Part shown: one piece after another, positions 7,357 through 15,740 of the stretch
Layout of the letters: each line of letters starts with the position of its first letter
Numbering within the stretch: the first letter of the stretch is position 1
Made by a program: the position numbers and the translations under genes
Notes under the pieces: model-generated
What the model saw: the letters and a program-made list of their open reading frames with translations, nothing else
Told to the model about the DNA's origin: nothing
Databases searched by the model: none
Virus record (IMG/VR): IMGVR_UViG_3300005805_000206
Coordinates: 1-38,795 of that record
Strand: one strand, 5' to 3'
Length of the DNA: 38,795 nucleotides
DNA from: a virus
Lineage: Duplodnaviria; Caudoviricetes

Positions 7357-7387
7357 ATCATATCCGAGCCAATACCAAATGTCCACA
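7357..7387 (-). promoter_or_regulatory. repeated phage promoter, copy 15
   Basis: TGGACA-TTTGGTATTGGCTCGGA-TATGAT. Confidence 0.75.
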
Positions 7388-7421
7388 ACCCAAAACCGGG
7401 GCTTTTTGAGCCAATGTTCAT

Positions 7422-7452
7422 TTTGGAAATTTGGTATCGGGGGCTATATGCT
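7422..7452 (+). promoter_or_regulatory. repeated phage promoter, copy 16 (divergent from copy 15)
   Basis: TGGAAA-TTTGGTATCGGGGGCTA-TATGCT. Confidence 0.8.
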
Positions 7453-7481
7453 TTACTTACCTACGAGAAAAGGGGAAAGAA

Positions 7482-7604
7482 ATGAAAGTATCATCACACA
7501 CGAAAACTAAGTGCGTAGAGTGCGGGCGGGTATTTGACCTGCTAGACGAGGAACAGGCAAATGAGTTTTTCTACGGTCACGACTGTGAAGGCGAGGAACA
7601 ATGA
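7482..7604 (+). CDS. 40-aa CxxC peptide (MKVSSHTKTKCVECGRVFDLLDEEQANEFFYGHDCEGEEQ)
   Basis: Manually translated; AAAGGGG RBS. Confidence 0.7.
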   Translation: MKVSSHTKTKCVECGRVFDLLDEEQANEFFYGHDCEGEEQ

Positions 7605-7768
7605 GCAAAAACATTATCTGCCCTACTTGTAGTGGCTTTATTCCGAACGGACACACACCAGGTTTATATCCAGGTGCTATTTCTCGGAAAGACAACAAGA
7701 CAGAAATTTGTTCGCAATGTGGTGAAGACGAGGCGATGGAAGATTTTTTCCGTATGCTAAAGAAATGA
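7601..7768 (+). CDS. 55-aa zinc-ribbon protein
   Basis: CPTC...ISRKDNKTEICSQCG; ATGA-coupled on both sides. Confidence 0.7.
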   Translation: MSKNIICPTCSGFIPNGHTPGLYPGAISRKDNKTEICSQCGEDEAMEDFFRMLKK

Positions 7769-7977
7769 GCAACGAAAACAACATAGACGAGAAACTCGCC
7801 GACATAGGCGAGAGCCTAAAGCACGCTATTCATATTCTCACTGGAATACTCGGTGACATAGAGTTAGGCGAATACACTCAAGAGCAAGCACAAGCCGACT
7901 ATGAGAATTTGATGTGGAACGAGGGCATAGACTATATGGGCGCTATTCAGTCTTACTCGTTGAGCCAATACGCCTAA
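7765..7977 (+). CDS. acidic hypothetical protein
   Basis: 70 aa, ATGA overlap. Confidence 0.7.
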   Translation: MSNENNIDEKLADIGESLKHAIHILTGILGDIELGEYTQEQAQADYENLMWNEGIDYMGAIQSYSLSQYA

Positions 7978-8003
7978 TTTACAACTCTCAGAAAAGAGAA
8001 AAA

Positions 8004-8375
8004 ATGAGCGACACACCGAACAAGCCACAAGACATATTTGTCGGCAACACTTACGAGCAATGGAAAGAAATTGGCGAACAGCGAGGCTGGGAGAGCGGGG
8101 CTAAAGCGCCCACTCGGCAAGAAATACAAGAAGCACTTGAGGCAGGTGACGAAACTTGCTTGCTTATGGACGGGTTTGACGAAGCCTTTATTGGTTGGTC
8201 ACGCCGTATCAACGAGCCATTACTTGCCGTCTATTCATATGACGGGCTAATCAAGGTTTGTACCGAGCGAGACGGTATGGATTACGAGGAAGCCGTTGAG
8301 TATGTGGACTACAATGTCGTAGGTGCTTGGGTTGGCGAGCAGACACCAATAATCATTATGCCCTTTATCAACTAA
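8004..8375 (+). CDS. conserved phage hypothetical protein
   Basis: DGFDEAFIG...YEEAVEYVDYNVVGAWVGEQTP pattern recalled from aquatic phages; start moved to MSDTPNK. Confidence 0.75.
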   Translation: MSDTPNKPQDIFVGNTYEQWKEIGEQRGWESGAKAPTRQEIQEALEAGDETCLLMDGFDEAFIGWSRRINEPLLAVYSYDGLIKVCTERDGMDYEEAVEYVDYNVVGAWVGEQTPIIIMPFIN

Positions 8376-8393
8376 TTTACTATCGGAGAAAAA

Positions 8394-8711
8394 GTGACAT
8401 CAGTAGCAGTAAAAGTTAGCGCACCACCGACAGGCGATTTGCCTTGTACTGGCAGGCAGGACTTGTTTTACGGTAAGTACGCAGAACGCCCTGAAGCACG
8501 GATTAGGCGTGAACAAAAAGCCAAAAAAGTTTGCGCTACTTGTTCGCAGGCAACTATTTGCCGTGACTACGCCCGTAGCAACAGCGAAGTGTTTGGCATA
8601 TGGGGTGGAGAGACAGAAATGGAGAGGTATCAAGGGGGTTTTATGTCGTCACCACCGCCACACTTGTCACGCAGAATTGTTACTATGAAAGAAAGATATG
8701 GGAACTTATAA
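8394..8711 (+). CDS. whiB: WhiB-family Fe-S transcription regulator
   Basis: C...AKKVCATC...C...FGIWGGETEMER. Confidence 0.9.
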   Translation: MTSVAVKVSAPPTGDLPCTGRQDLFYGKYAERPEARIRREQKAKKVCATCSQATICRDYARSNSEVFGIWGGETEMERYQGGFMSSPPPHLSRRIVTMKERYGNL

Positions 8712-8922
8712 CGATTTCCTTGCCACGATTTCTATTTACTACGAGACACAACTTATAGCAGGTGGCGATTTGCGCTACGGACAAATGTATATGAGCCATC
8801 TTTGGGAAGTAAAGCCCCGCATAGCAGAAAAACTAAGCAACTCTTTGCTTGACCCTTTTCATAGGGATAACTGCCCGCCTAAAGTTCACGAGTTTGTGGA
8901 AGGGTTATGGGCTAGCGAATAG
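8698..8922 (+). CDS. hypothetical protein
   Basis: 74 aa, coupled to whiB. Confidence 0.65.
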   Translation: MGTYNDFLATISIYYETQLIAGGDLRYGQMYMSHLWEVKPRIAEKLSNSLLDPFHRDNCPPKVHEFVEGLWASE

Positions 8923-9061
8923 GACAGCAAGACGAACGGCGAGGTTTCTGAATAACCCGTGAAGGCTTTGGTTCAGCCTCTTTTTTCTTTTTTTTGTCGT
9001 CATCAGCCATACAACAAGGATACACCTTGCGTTTCGAGCTGAGCCCCGCTAACATTTTGGT

Positions 9062-9259
9062 ATGAGTATGCCACCTCTTTATACCTGTATTGTTTGTGAA
9101 GGCGCAATTGACCCGAACTCGTCACAGTCTTTGAGACTGGCAACGGTATGGCTAAAGAGTAGCGGTAAGACAGTCCACGCAGTAGAGACAGAGATGTATC
9201 GTTATCGTCACGGTTTTTGTAGCCTTGACCCGAACTTCCAGCAAGATAGTTTGTTTTAG
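9062..9259 (+). CDS. small zinc-binding hypothetical protein, leaderless
   Basis: CIVC...HGFC; TAACAT 6 nt before ATG. Confidence 0.6.
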   Translation: MSMPPLYTCIVCEGAIDPNSSQSLRLATVWLKSSGKTVHAVETEMYRYRHGFCSLDPNFQQDSLF

Positions 9260-9447
9260 CCGAGCCTCATTGCGCCGAGCGACTGATTAGTTTCGCCTAG
9301 CGTCTTACCAGCCGTGTTGTTTGTAACGGCAACCCGTGTGTCAAGGTTGTTGAGTATTACCTGAACGGCGTCAAGTTTCTTATTTATTTCCTCAACCGAG
9401 TTCATTACCGACTTTATTGCTTGTTCTAAAGAGACTTCTATTTCCAT
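9256..9447 (-). CDS. coiled-coil hypothetical protein
   Basis: Start moved to MEIEVS; heptad pattern. Confidence 0.5.
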   Translation of the reverse strand: MEIEVSLEQAIKSVMNSVEEINKKLDAVQVILNNLDTRVAVTNNTAGKTLGETNQSLGAMRLG

Positions 9448-9477
9448 AATGACCAGCCTAGCAAGTATGATAAGCAA

Positions 9478-11400
9478 GTGCGACTTTACCTTGACCACGA
9501 CTTGTTAGCCCTTGACTTCCCTTATGACCCAGCACAAGTTGCTGAAGTCAAGACGATAGCCGGGGCTCAGTGGGACAAGGTGGATAAGTTATGGAAAGCA
9601 CCCGTATCCTCAATTGACGAGGTGCGAGCATTCGCCATAAAGCACGAGTTTCATATAACAGACGAGGTGCTTAGGTTTACAGTCCCAAAGAGAGCGTCAC
9701 GAAAAGGTGTGTATCTCAAAGGAGACTGGACTTATATCCAATTCCCTTATGACAAAGTTGTACTCAAAGCAGTAAAGCAGATAGCAGGGATTACTTGGGA
9801 TAACAAAGAAATGGCTTGGAGAGCGCCACTCACCTCAACAGCCGAAGCAATAGCGTGGGCTAACTCGTTCGGAGTACTTGTGTCGCCCGAAGTACACGGA
9901 GTATCTGCCTCAATAACTAAGAAGTTAGATGAACTAAAGGAAGCCTCACGCTCAACCGACGCCGATATAGAAGTGCCTTTACTACAAGGAACGCTATTGC
10001 CTTACCAAAGAGCAGGTGTGGAGTATGCGTCTAAAGCCCGTAGAAGTTTTATAGCAGACGAGATGGGACTTGGAAAGACGATACAAGCGATAGCGACACT
10101 GGAGTACTCGTCAAAAGATAACGAAGTGTATCCAGCAGTCGTTGTCTGCCCCCCTTCATTGGTTCTCAACTGGAAATCGGAGTGGAATAGGTGGTTGCCT
10201 CATAGACGGATTTCCGTTGTGACTAACCGTAAAGACCTACCTGAGCCCCGCACATATGATGTACTCGTTGTTGGTTACTCAAATATTTCTCATTGGGAAA
10301 AGCAATTACTTGCGCATAACTCATACATATTTGACGAGAGCCACTACGCCAAAAGTCCAACGGCACAGCGAACTAAGTCGGCTATAAAAATGGCAAAGAG
10401 CGCACCTAAACACGGAATTGTGTTGTGTCTTACTGGAACACCCGTAACGAATAGACCAGCAGAGTACGCCAGCCAATTAGACATAATCGGAAAACTCAAA
10501 GAGTTTGGTGGCTTGTGGGGTTTTTACAGACGATATTGCTCAGCCTTCCAAGATAAGTTTGGTCAGTGGAATATCAGTGGACACTCGCACCTTGACGAAC
10601 TAAACGACAGACTTCGTGGTACTTGTTATATCAGACGAACTAAGTCGCAAGTACTCACGGAACTGCCACCCGTGATACACAGCCCACTTGTTGTTCAGGG
10701 TACTGAGGCGGGGCTCAAGGAGTATGCGAAGGCAGAACAAGACATAATAAAGTACATAACCGAAAGAGCGAAAGAGATAGCGATAGAACTCGGGGAAAGC
10801 CCGTACTCGGCGTCGGTTATTGCGAAAATAAAAGCAGAAAGCAACGAACACTTAGTCAAACTCTCCGTACTTAGACGCCTCGCCGCGAAAGCGAAAATGC
10901 CAATGGTTGAGGAGTGGGTACAGTCTCGCATTGACGACGGAAAGAAAGTAGTAATCGCGGCGCACCATAGAGATGTTGTAGATGAACTCGCACGAAAGTT
11001 CGGCAACCTTCGTATTCAGGGCGGTATGTCGGTTGAGGAAGTGGAAGCACAAAAAGCAAGGTTTCAGAACGAACCCGTAGAGACTGCGCCAGTTATTGTG
11101 TTATCTATTCAGGCGGCGAAAACTGGACACACGCTTACAGCCTCGCAAGACATACTTTTCGTGGAACTACCGTGGACACCTGCCGACTTAGACCAAACTT
11201 ATTCACGACTTCACCGTATTGGACAAACTGGAAGCGTGACGACTACTTATATGTTGGTTGACGGGACTATAGACGAGGAAATCTATGCGCTCATAGAAAA
11301 GAAGCGCAAGGTAGTGAACGCTTCGGTTGAGGGTGGAGAGTTCGCTGAAGGTAGTAACGCAACGCAATTAGTACTTGACTTGCTCACACGAAGTCGATAA
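9478..11400 (+). CDS. SNF2-family helicase with tandem HARP-like N-terminal domains
   Basis: LLPYQ, ADEMGLGKT, DESH, LTGTP, SRLHRIGQ; two FPYD...W...W.AP repeats. Confidence 0.92.
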   Translation: MRLYLDHDLLALDFPYDPAQVAEVKTIAGAQWDKVDKLWKAPVSSIDEVRAFAIKHEFHITDEVLRFTVPKRASRKGVYLKGDWTYIQFPYDKVVLKAVKQIAGITWDNKEMAWRAPLTSTAEAIAWANSFGVLVSPEVHGVSASITKKLDELKEASRSTDADIEVPLLQGTLLPYQRAGVEYASKARRSFIADEMGLGKTIQAIATLEYSSKDNEVYPAVVVCPPSLVLNWKSEWNRWLPHRRISVVTNRKDLPEPRTYDVLVVGYSNISHWEKQLLAHNSYIFDESHYAKSPTAQRTKSAIKMAKSAPKHGIVLCLTGTPVTNRPAEYASQLDIIGKLKEFGGLWGFYRRYCSAFQDKFGQWNISGHSHLDELNDRLRGTCYIRRTKSQVLTELPPVIHSPLVVQGTEAGLKEYAKAEQDIIKYITERAKEIAIELGESPYSASVIAKIKAESNEHLVKLSVLRRLAAKAKMPMVEEWVQSRIDDGKKVVIAAHHRDVVDELARKFGNLRIQGGMSVEEVEAQKARFQNEPVETAPVIVLSIQAAKTGHTLTASQDILFVELPWTPADLDQTYSRLHRIGQTGSVTTTYMLVDGTIDEEIYALIEKKRKVVNASVEGGEFAEGSNATQLVLDLLTRSR

Positions 11401-11415
11401 GCCCCGGCTTATCGT

Positions 11416-11446
11416 TTTGGAAATTTGGTATTTGGCTTACTAGGCT
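11416..11446 (+). promoter_or_regulatory. repeated phage promoter, copy 17
   Basis: TGGAAA-TTTGGTATTTGGCTTAC-TAGGCT. Confidence 0.8.
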
Positions 11447-11490
11447 TACGTTCCCGTAAGGGAAACGAGCCCAAATGAAAGGGGGTGAAA

Positions 11491-11712
11491 ATGAAAAGGA
11501 CAATCGTGTGGCGTCTCACCGAAACGCAGAAGGAACTCATTCTGCGGGCGGTTCTCCACTGCCCTTGCGAAATCGGCGAGGGCGCAACCGAGCACGAGGA
11601 ACACCACGCTCAACTTCGGAAGAGCGAGGAAGAACTCGCAAAACTCGGGTGGGGTGGCGAGGGGTTGTGGAATTTTCTCAACCACAACACCAAGCGCCTC
11701 GCAAGGCGTTGA
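11491..11712 (+). CDS. hypothetical protein (isolated cassette)
   Basis: GAAAGGGGGTG RBS; visibly GC-richer than neighbours. Confidence 0.7.
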   Translation: MKRTIVWRLTETQKELILRAVLHCPCEIGEGATEHEEHHAQLRKSEEELAKLGWGGEGLWNFLNHNTKRLARR

Positions 11713-11769
11713 GTGGGCAGGGGCAGGGGCTGGCAAACCCTTGTCTCTCGCTTGCGCGTGTGGCGGGGC

Positions 11770-12192
11770 TTACTCGGTCTCTTTGGTTGGAACTCTGCCC
11801 ATAAGTTCGTCAGCAATTAGTTTTGCGTACTTTCTGCGTAATTTCCAAACTTTTTGGTTCATTTCAGCCATTGCGTCAGTCGTTCGTGCCTTCTTTATGC
11901 TGTCACTGTCAAACACGCCGTACTTTCTGAACAAGATGTCGTCAATATCGTTGTTTTCTATCATTATGTCGGTAATCCAATGCCCACGCTTGTCAATGCT
12001 CATCAGCAGTTCGCAAAGACCCTCAAACCCAAACTCGTTATAGACACGATTAGTTACTAAGTCGCAGAAGTGCGCACGATACATAGTCTCGGCTTCAGCA
12101 GTGTGGCTCATAAACTCACTCAACCATACGGCGAGTTCTTCTTTTGACGGAATATCACCGTCTTCACTGTCAAACTCAAAATCGTCTTCCAT
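11770..12192 (-). CDS. hypothetical protein
   Basis: 140-aa ORF with GGAAGG RBS. Confidence 0.75.
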   Translation of the reverse strand: MEDDFEFDSEDGDIPSKEELAVWLSEFMSHTAEAETMYRAHFCDLVTNRVYNEFGFEGLCELLMSIDKRGHWITDIMIENNDIDDILFRKYGVFDSDSIKKARTTDAMAEMNQKVWKLRRKYAKLIADELMGRVPTKETE

Positions 12193-12248
12193 TAGCCTGC
12201 CTTCCGTTATGCCGGGGCTCTAGTAATCAATGATACTTGTGCTAACTG

Positions 12249-13274
12249 TCAAGCCAGCGACAGAATAATTTCCTGCGCTAATACTTTCTTTTGCGTAACC
12301 CACGAGTTGTTGTTCATAGACGCGAGCGCCCGTTCGTCTGCTTTTGCGTCACGATAGTGGTCTAGGTACTCAACTATTGCGTTGTAAGCACTCCACCCGT
12401 TGTACCCGTAGCCACCTGCGTTGCGTTCGTTGTCGTACACTCCACGAACTAACGCCACTACTCCGTCACGGTTTTTCTTTTGTCTCTCCGTACCGTTCAT
12501 TTCGTTCGGGAATACCTTGTCAAGTATCGTGGCGAGTTGCGCACTTCGTGGTGGCACATTTATAGCGAGCAAGCGATTAGCCGTAAGTTGGAACGACTTA
12601 GCCCACTCCGTAGATATTTCTAAGACTTTTTGCGCTTCCTCAATGGCGTTATCGGCGTTACGAGTGTGTCGTGCCGTGAACACCCGACGAGCAGATGACT
12701 GCCCTGCGATTACGGTATTTTTACACACTGCCCGTATTGAGGTGTTGGCAAAGGTAATAGCCGTCTTGCCGTCGTGACCATTACGGACTAGCAAGTAACG
12801 GTCTATCTTGTCGTTGATACCCGTAGGGTCTATGACGAGTTGCCCTAAGTCAAGCGAACTAAAGAACTCTCTGCCCTCGTCAAGTACGCCACAAGTATCT
12901 ACTACTGCGTCTCCCTTAGAAGCCCCGACTATTGCGAGGGCGTAGTCTAAGCACTCACGATTTTGTTGTACGACATAGCGAGTACCGACTGTGGCTAGTC
13001 CGTCAAAAGTTCCGTCGGGATTTACTCTCACGGTTGCCCGACTGTCCTCAATAATGACTGGCGTATTGTCGGGATTTCTGATTAGGTTGCCCTCTGCGTC
13101 TACGACTGCGACTTTAGTAGTAACGACATCAAAGTCTGCTTGTGACGCTTGTAGCATTGCCTCTGCTGTCTGTAAGCCCTTCATAGGCACACCTAGCCTG
13201 TGCCACGGTACTTCACGGTCTGCGTAAGCCATTTTTGCTACGCCTTTAGTGTCTGTCTCTAGCATATGCGCCAT
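12249..13274 (-). CDS. DUF932 / TIGR03299-like phage protein
   Basis: MAH...PWHRLG, Y.VQQN, YLLVRNGHDG, IRAVCKNT, RHT, W.AYNA.VEY.DH. Confidence 0.85.
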   Translation of the reverse strand: MAHMLETDTKGVAKMAYADREVPWHRLGVPMKGLQTAEAMLQASQADFDVVTTKVAVVDAEGNLIRNPDNTPVIIEDSRATVRVNPDGTFDGLATVGTRYVVQQNRECLDYALAIVGASKGDAVVDTCGVLDEGREFFSSLDLGQLVIDPTGINDKIDRYLLVRNGHDGKTAITFANTSIRAVCKNTVIAGQSSARRVFTARHTRNADNAIEEAQKVLEISTEWAKSFQLTANRLLAINVPPRSAQLATILDKVFPNEMNGTERQKKNRDGVVALVRGVYDNERNAGGYGYNGWSAYNAIVEYLDHYRDAKADERALASMNNNSWVTQKKVLAQEIILSLA

Positions 13275-13421
13275 AACTTCGTGCCTCTCGCTATTACTTC
13301 TAGTTAGATTTATCTAAAGGTAAGCATACACTCACCCTCTGCCTCACAGTGTATGGCGGGGCTAGCTCGACATAACAAAAAGGGGGCAGGCTGTGACACC
13401 TACCCCCTCGCTTTCGTTTTC

Positions 13422-13685
13422 TTAGTTGTATTCGCTGTATTCGTTACGAGCGATAACTCTGTCAAGTGTGCTGTCGGTTATCCACTCACTGCTTGGCTTG
13501 GCGACTGGCGTAGCGAATTGACTAAACAATTGACGGGCTAAAGGCATAGCAATTTCGGCACTTCGCTTCACTGTCTGAAACTGCGTTACCTTCTTGCCTG
13601 CCTTGTATCCAACGGCACTGCCTACGCCGAACGATACGACTGCTGTCATTGTTAGTAGTACGAGTACTGCGATTATTTCTATCAC
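13422..13685 (-). CDS. membrane protein
   Basis: N-terminal hydrophobic helix, AAAGGGG RBS, TTGACA promoter upstream. Confidence 0.7.
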   Translation of the reverse strand: MIEIIAVLVLLTMTAVVSFGVGSAVGYKAGKKVTQFQTVKRSAEIAMPLARQLFSQFATPVAKPSSEWITDSTLDRVIARNEYSEYN

Positions 13686-13725
13686 TTACTTCCCCTTTGT
13701 TAGTAGTTACTTGCTTACTCACCTA

Positions 13726-13754
13726 AGTATAGGGACACTTGTAGTCCTTGTCAA
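13726..13754 (-). promoter_or_regulatory. canonical sigma-70/SigA-type promoter
   Basis: TTGACA-17 nt-TATACT. Confidence 0.75.
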
Positions 13755-13863
13755 GTAACCCGTAGGCTACCCGTAGGCACTTGCGAACTTCGTGGGAATA
13801 CGACTGCTGTCGTGTTTGCGTAGTTGTATAGGTGGTGTGGTGGCTGTAAGCCCCGGCTTTTCG

Positions 13864-13983
13864 CTAGAACGGCTTGCGCTTTAGCGAACCACCAATTCGC
13901 TTGTAGCGATAACTAGCCGTGTGTCGGTACTTTCGTGTACCTTTCGCCGTTGTGAAACTTCCCTTCGTCACTCTGCGCTTCAC
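13864..13983 (-). CDS. 39-aa basic peptide
   Basis: Manually translated MKRRVTKGSFTTAKGTRKYRHTASYRYKRIGGSLKRKPF; GTGA overlap. Confidence 0.45.
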   Translation of the reverse strand: MKRRVTKGSFTTAKGTRKYRHTASYRYKRIGGSLKRKPF

Positions 13984-14264
13984 TCGCCACCTCTCGCTTC
14001 GTCTACAAACTCGGTATACGCCTTCACTGCTTCATCGGGTGCGCCGTCTACTAGGTACTGATACATAACGCCTGCGAGGTCACGCCACTTGCCGTCACTA
14101 AATAGTTTTTCAGTAATCGTGTAGCCTTCGTTTTCTACTGCCCAATTTACGGAGTGAGGTTGTAACTTGTGTAGGTAACTCACTGCGTCATAATAAGTGC
14201 CGAAACTCTCTAGCACCTTGCCGTCTCTCGCTACTTCGTAAGCAACCTTCGCTTCTGATATCAC
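13980..14264 (-). CDS. hypothetical protein
   Basis: 94 aa, GTGA-coupled. Confidence 0.7.
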   Translation of the reverse strand: MISEAKVAYEVARDGKVLESFGTYYDAVSYLHKLQPHSVNWAVENEGYTITEKLFSDGKWRDLAGVMYQYLVDGAPDEAVKAYTEFVDEARGGE

Positions 14265-14536
14265 TTGTCAAACCTCACTTCTTGGGATACTCGGATTACT
14301 TGTCCGTACTTCGCTACTAGGTCATCTGTCGCTTTCAGTGTGTTGCCGTGACACCACTTGACTGCGAGACTGCTAAGCGTATCGCCTTCCTGAACGATTA
14401 CTCGGTCAATATCACAGCGATAACTTTCGTCACCTCGCATTGCGATAAACATTGCGATAATCGCAAAAATAAAGAATAGTGGGAGTGTGATTAGGTCACG
14501 CTTTACTGGTTGCTTCGTGTAGTGGTACTTGGTCAT
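14261..14536 (-). CDS. membrane-anchored LysM-domain protein (paralog of 6998-7330)
   Basis: TM helix; VIVQEGDTLSSLA..WCHGNT; GAAAGGGG RBS. Confidence 0.75.
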   Translation of the reverse strand: MTKYHYTKQPVKRDLITLPLFFIFAIIAMFIAMRGDESYRCDIDRVIVQEGDTLSSLAVKWCHGNTLKATDDLVAKYGQVIRVSQEVRFDK

Positions 14537-14564
14537 TGTCTGCCCCTTTCAGTAGGTACTAATG

Positions 14565-14593
14565 ACACTAGGGTATTTTGCGACATAGGTCAA
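14565..14593 (-). promoter_or_regulatory. sigma-70/SigA-type promoter
   Basis: TTGACC-17 nt-TAGTGT. Confidence 0.6.
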
Positions 14594-14650
14594 GGATTTC
14601 CGATAGGCATACTGGGCAAGGGGTAGGGGCTTCCTACGGTAGTGGCAGGG

Positions 14651-14674
14651 TAGGTAGGTAGGTAGGTAGGTAGG
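14651..14674. repeat. (TAGG)6 microsatellite
   Basis: Directly visible. Confidence 0.85.
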
Positions 14675-14799
14675 GATACCCGTAGGGCTACCCGTAGGCA
14701 CTGCGCCAACCTCATAAGGATTTGTAGGTGGCAAGGTGGGTGTGCTACCACTACCTACGCCGGGGCTTCGAGCTCCCCTGTTCGCTTATGGTGGGTGGA

Positions 14800-15525
14800 T
14801 TACTTCTTTACAGTGCGCTTCTTAGGTGGCTTTTTGGTGACTGGCTTCTTTACAGTGCGCTTCTTTACTGTCGCTGATTTGTGTGGCGTGGGCAACACTG
14901 TCACGGTAACTGCCCTAGCACTCTCAACTACTAGCACTGTCGTAGTCGTAGTCGTAGGTGCTTCGGTAATCACTTGCTCACTGTCTGCTACTGGCTCGGA
15001 TACTGGAACTGTCGTAGTGGGTGTAGTCGTAGTCGTAGTCGTAGTCGTAGGGGCGAGGGTAGTCGTTGTAGTCGTAGGTGCTACTCCGCCTATTGTGCCG
15101 TCGCACGAAATAGCACAGTCTCCATTGGTCGTTACTGGATTACTGCTTGCGCCAACCAACTGATAGACGGCACTACGGGCGAGGGTGATATCTATTCCGT
15201 CACGCCATAGGGCAAGCATAAAGTTTGGGCGATAGCCGTTGCCACCAGAACCACTGCCGATACCAACGCCGACATACTCACACACTCCGAACCATTGGTG
15301 CGCCTGCGCTATTGCCTTGCCTAGTGCGCTATGTCCACCATTGGAATAAGTGACTAGACGCTCAAAGGCTTGCGTACCTATCTCGGTGTCAATAATCGTT
15401 ATCAGTGTCGGCTCAGGTGACGAGGGTGCGAGTGTCGGCTCAGTACACTCACTTGCTTGCGCTTCGGTGATAGGGGCAAGCGATAACACTAGGGCTAATG
15501 CGACTGCTATGCGTAATGGCTTCAT
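14800..15525 (-). CDS. secreted protein with Thr-rich linker and Lys-rich tail
   Basis: Signal peptide (AQA), poly-Thr tracts, KKRTVKK repeats. Confidence 0.75.
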   Translation of the reverse strand: MKPLRIAVALALVLSLAPITEAQASECTEPTLAPSSPEPTLITIIDTEIGTQAFERLVTYSNGGHSALGKAIAQAHQWFGVCEYVGVGIGSGSGGNGYRPNFMLALWRDGIDITLARSAVYQLVGASSNPVTTNGDCAISCDGTIGGVAPTTTTTTLAPTTTTTTTTTPTTTVPVSEPVADSEQVITEAPTTTTTTVLVVESARAVTVTVLPTPHKSATVKKRTVKKPVTKKPPKKRTVKK

Positions 15526-15577
15526 AGTAATTACCTTTCAGTATGGGCTACCCGTAAGGCTACCCGTAGGCACTGGA

Positions 15578-15740
15578 TTTTTTCGTTGTGAGGTATATTT
15601 TTTTTTATTTTGGAAATTACAAGGTCGGATTTTTTTTGTGCGAGGTATTTATAACCACCACTTTTTTCGTTACGAGGTATTTATAACCACGATTTTTTTC
15701 AGTGCGAGGTATTACTAACCACCACTTTTTTCAGGTGCGA
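15578..15740. repeat. about 31-32-bp tandem repeats with T-tracts
   Basis: Tn-(C)GTT/GTG-CGAGGTATTTATAACCAC units at about 15630, 15662 and 15693, partials at 15578 and 15726. Confidence 0.75.

Noticed and set aside
337-7387. CRISPR array interpretation of the CAATACCAAATTTCCAAA repeat
   Set aside because: The intervals are 270-790 bp, irregular and contain genes. The repeat has promoter geometry, and no cas genes are visible.
14549-14734. ORF with PTYLPTYL repeats
   Set aside because: It is the translation of the (TAGG)6 microsatellite and operator repeats.
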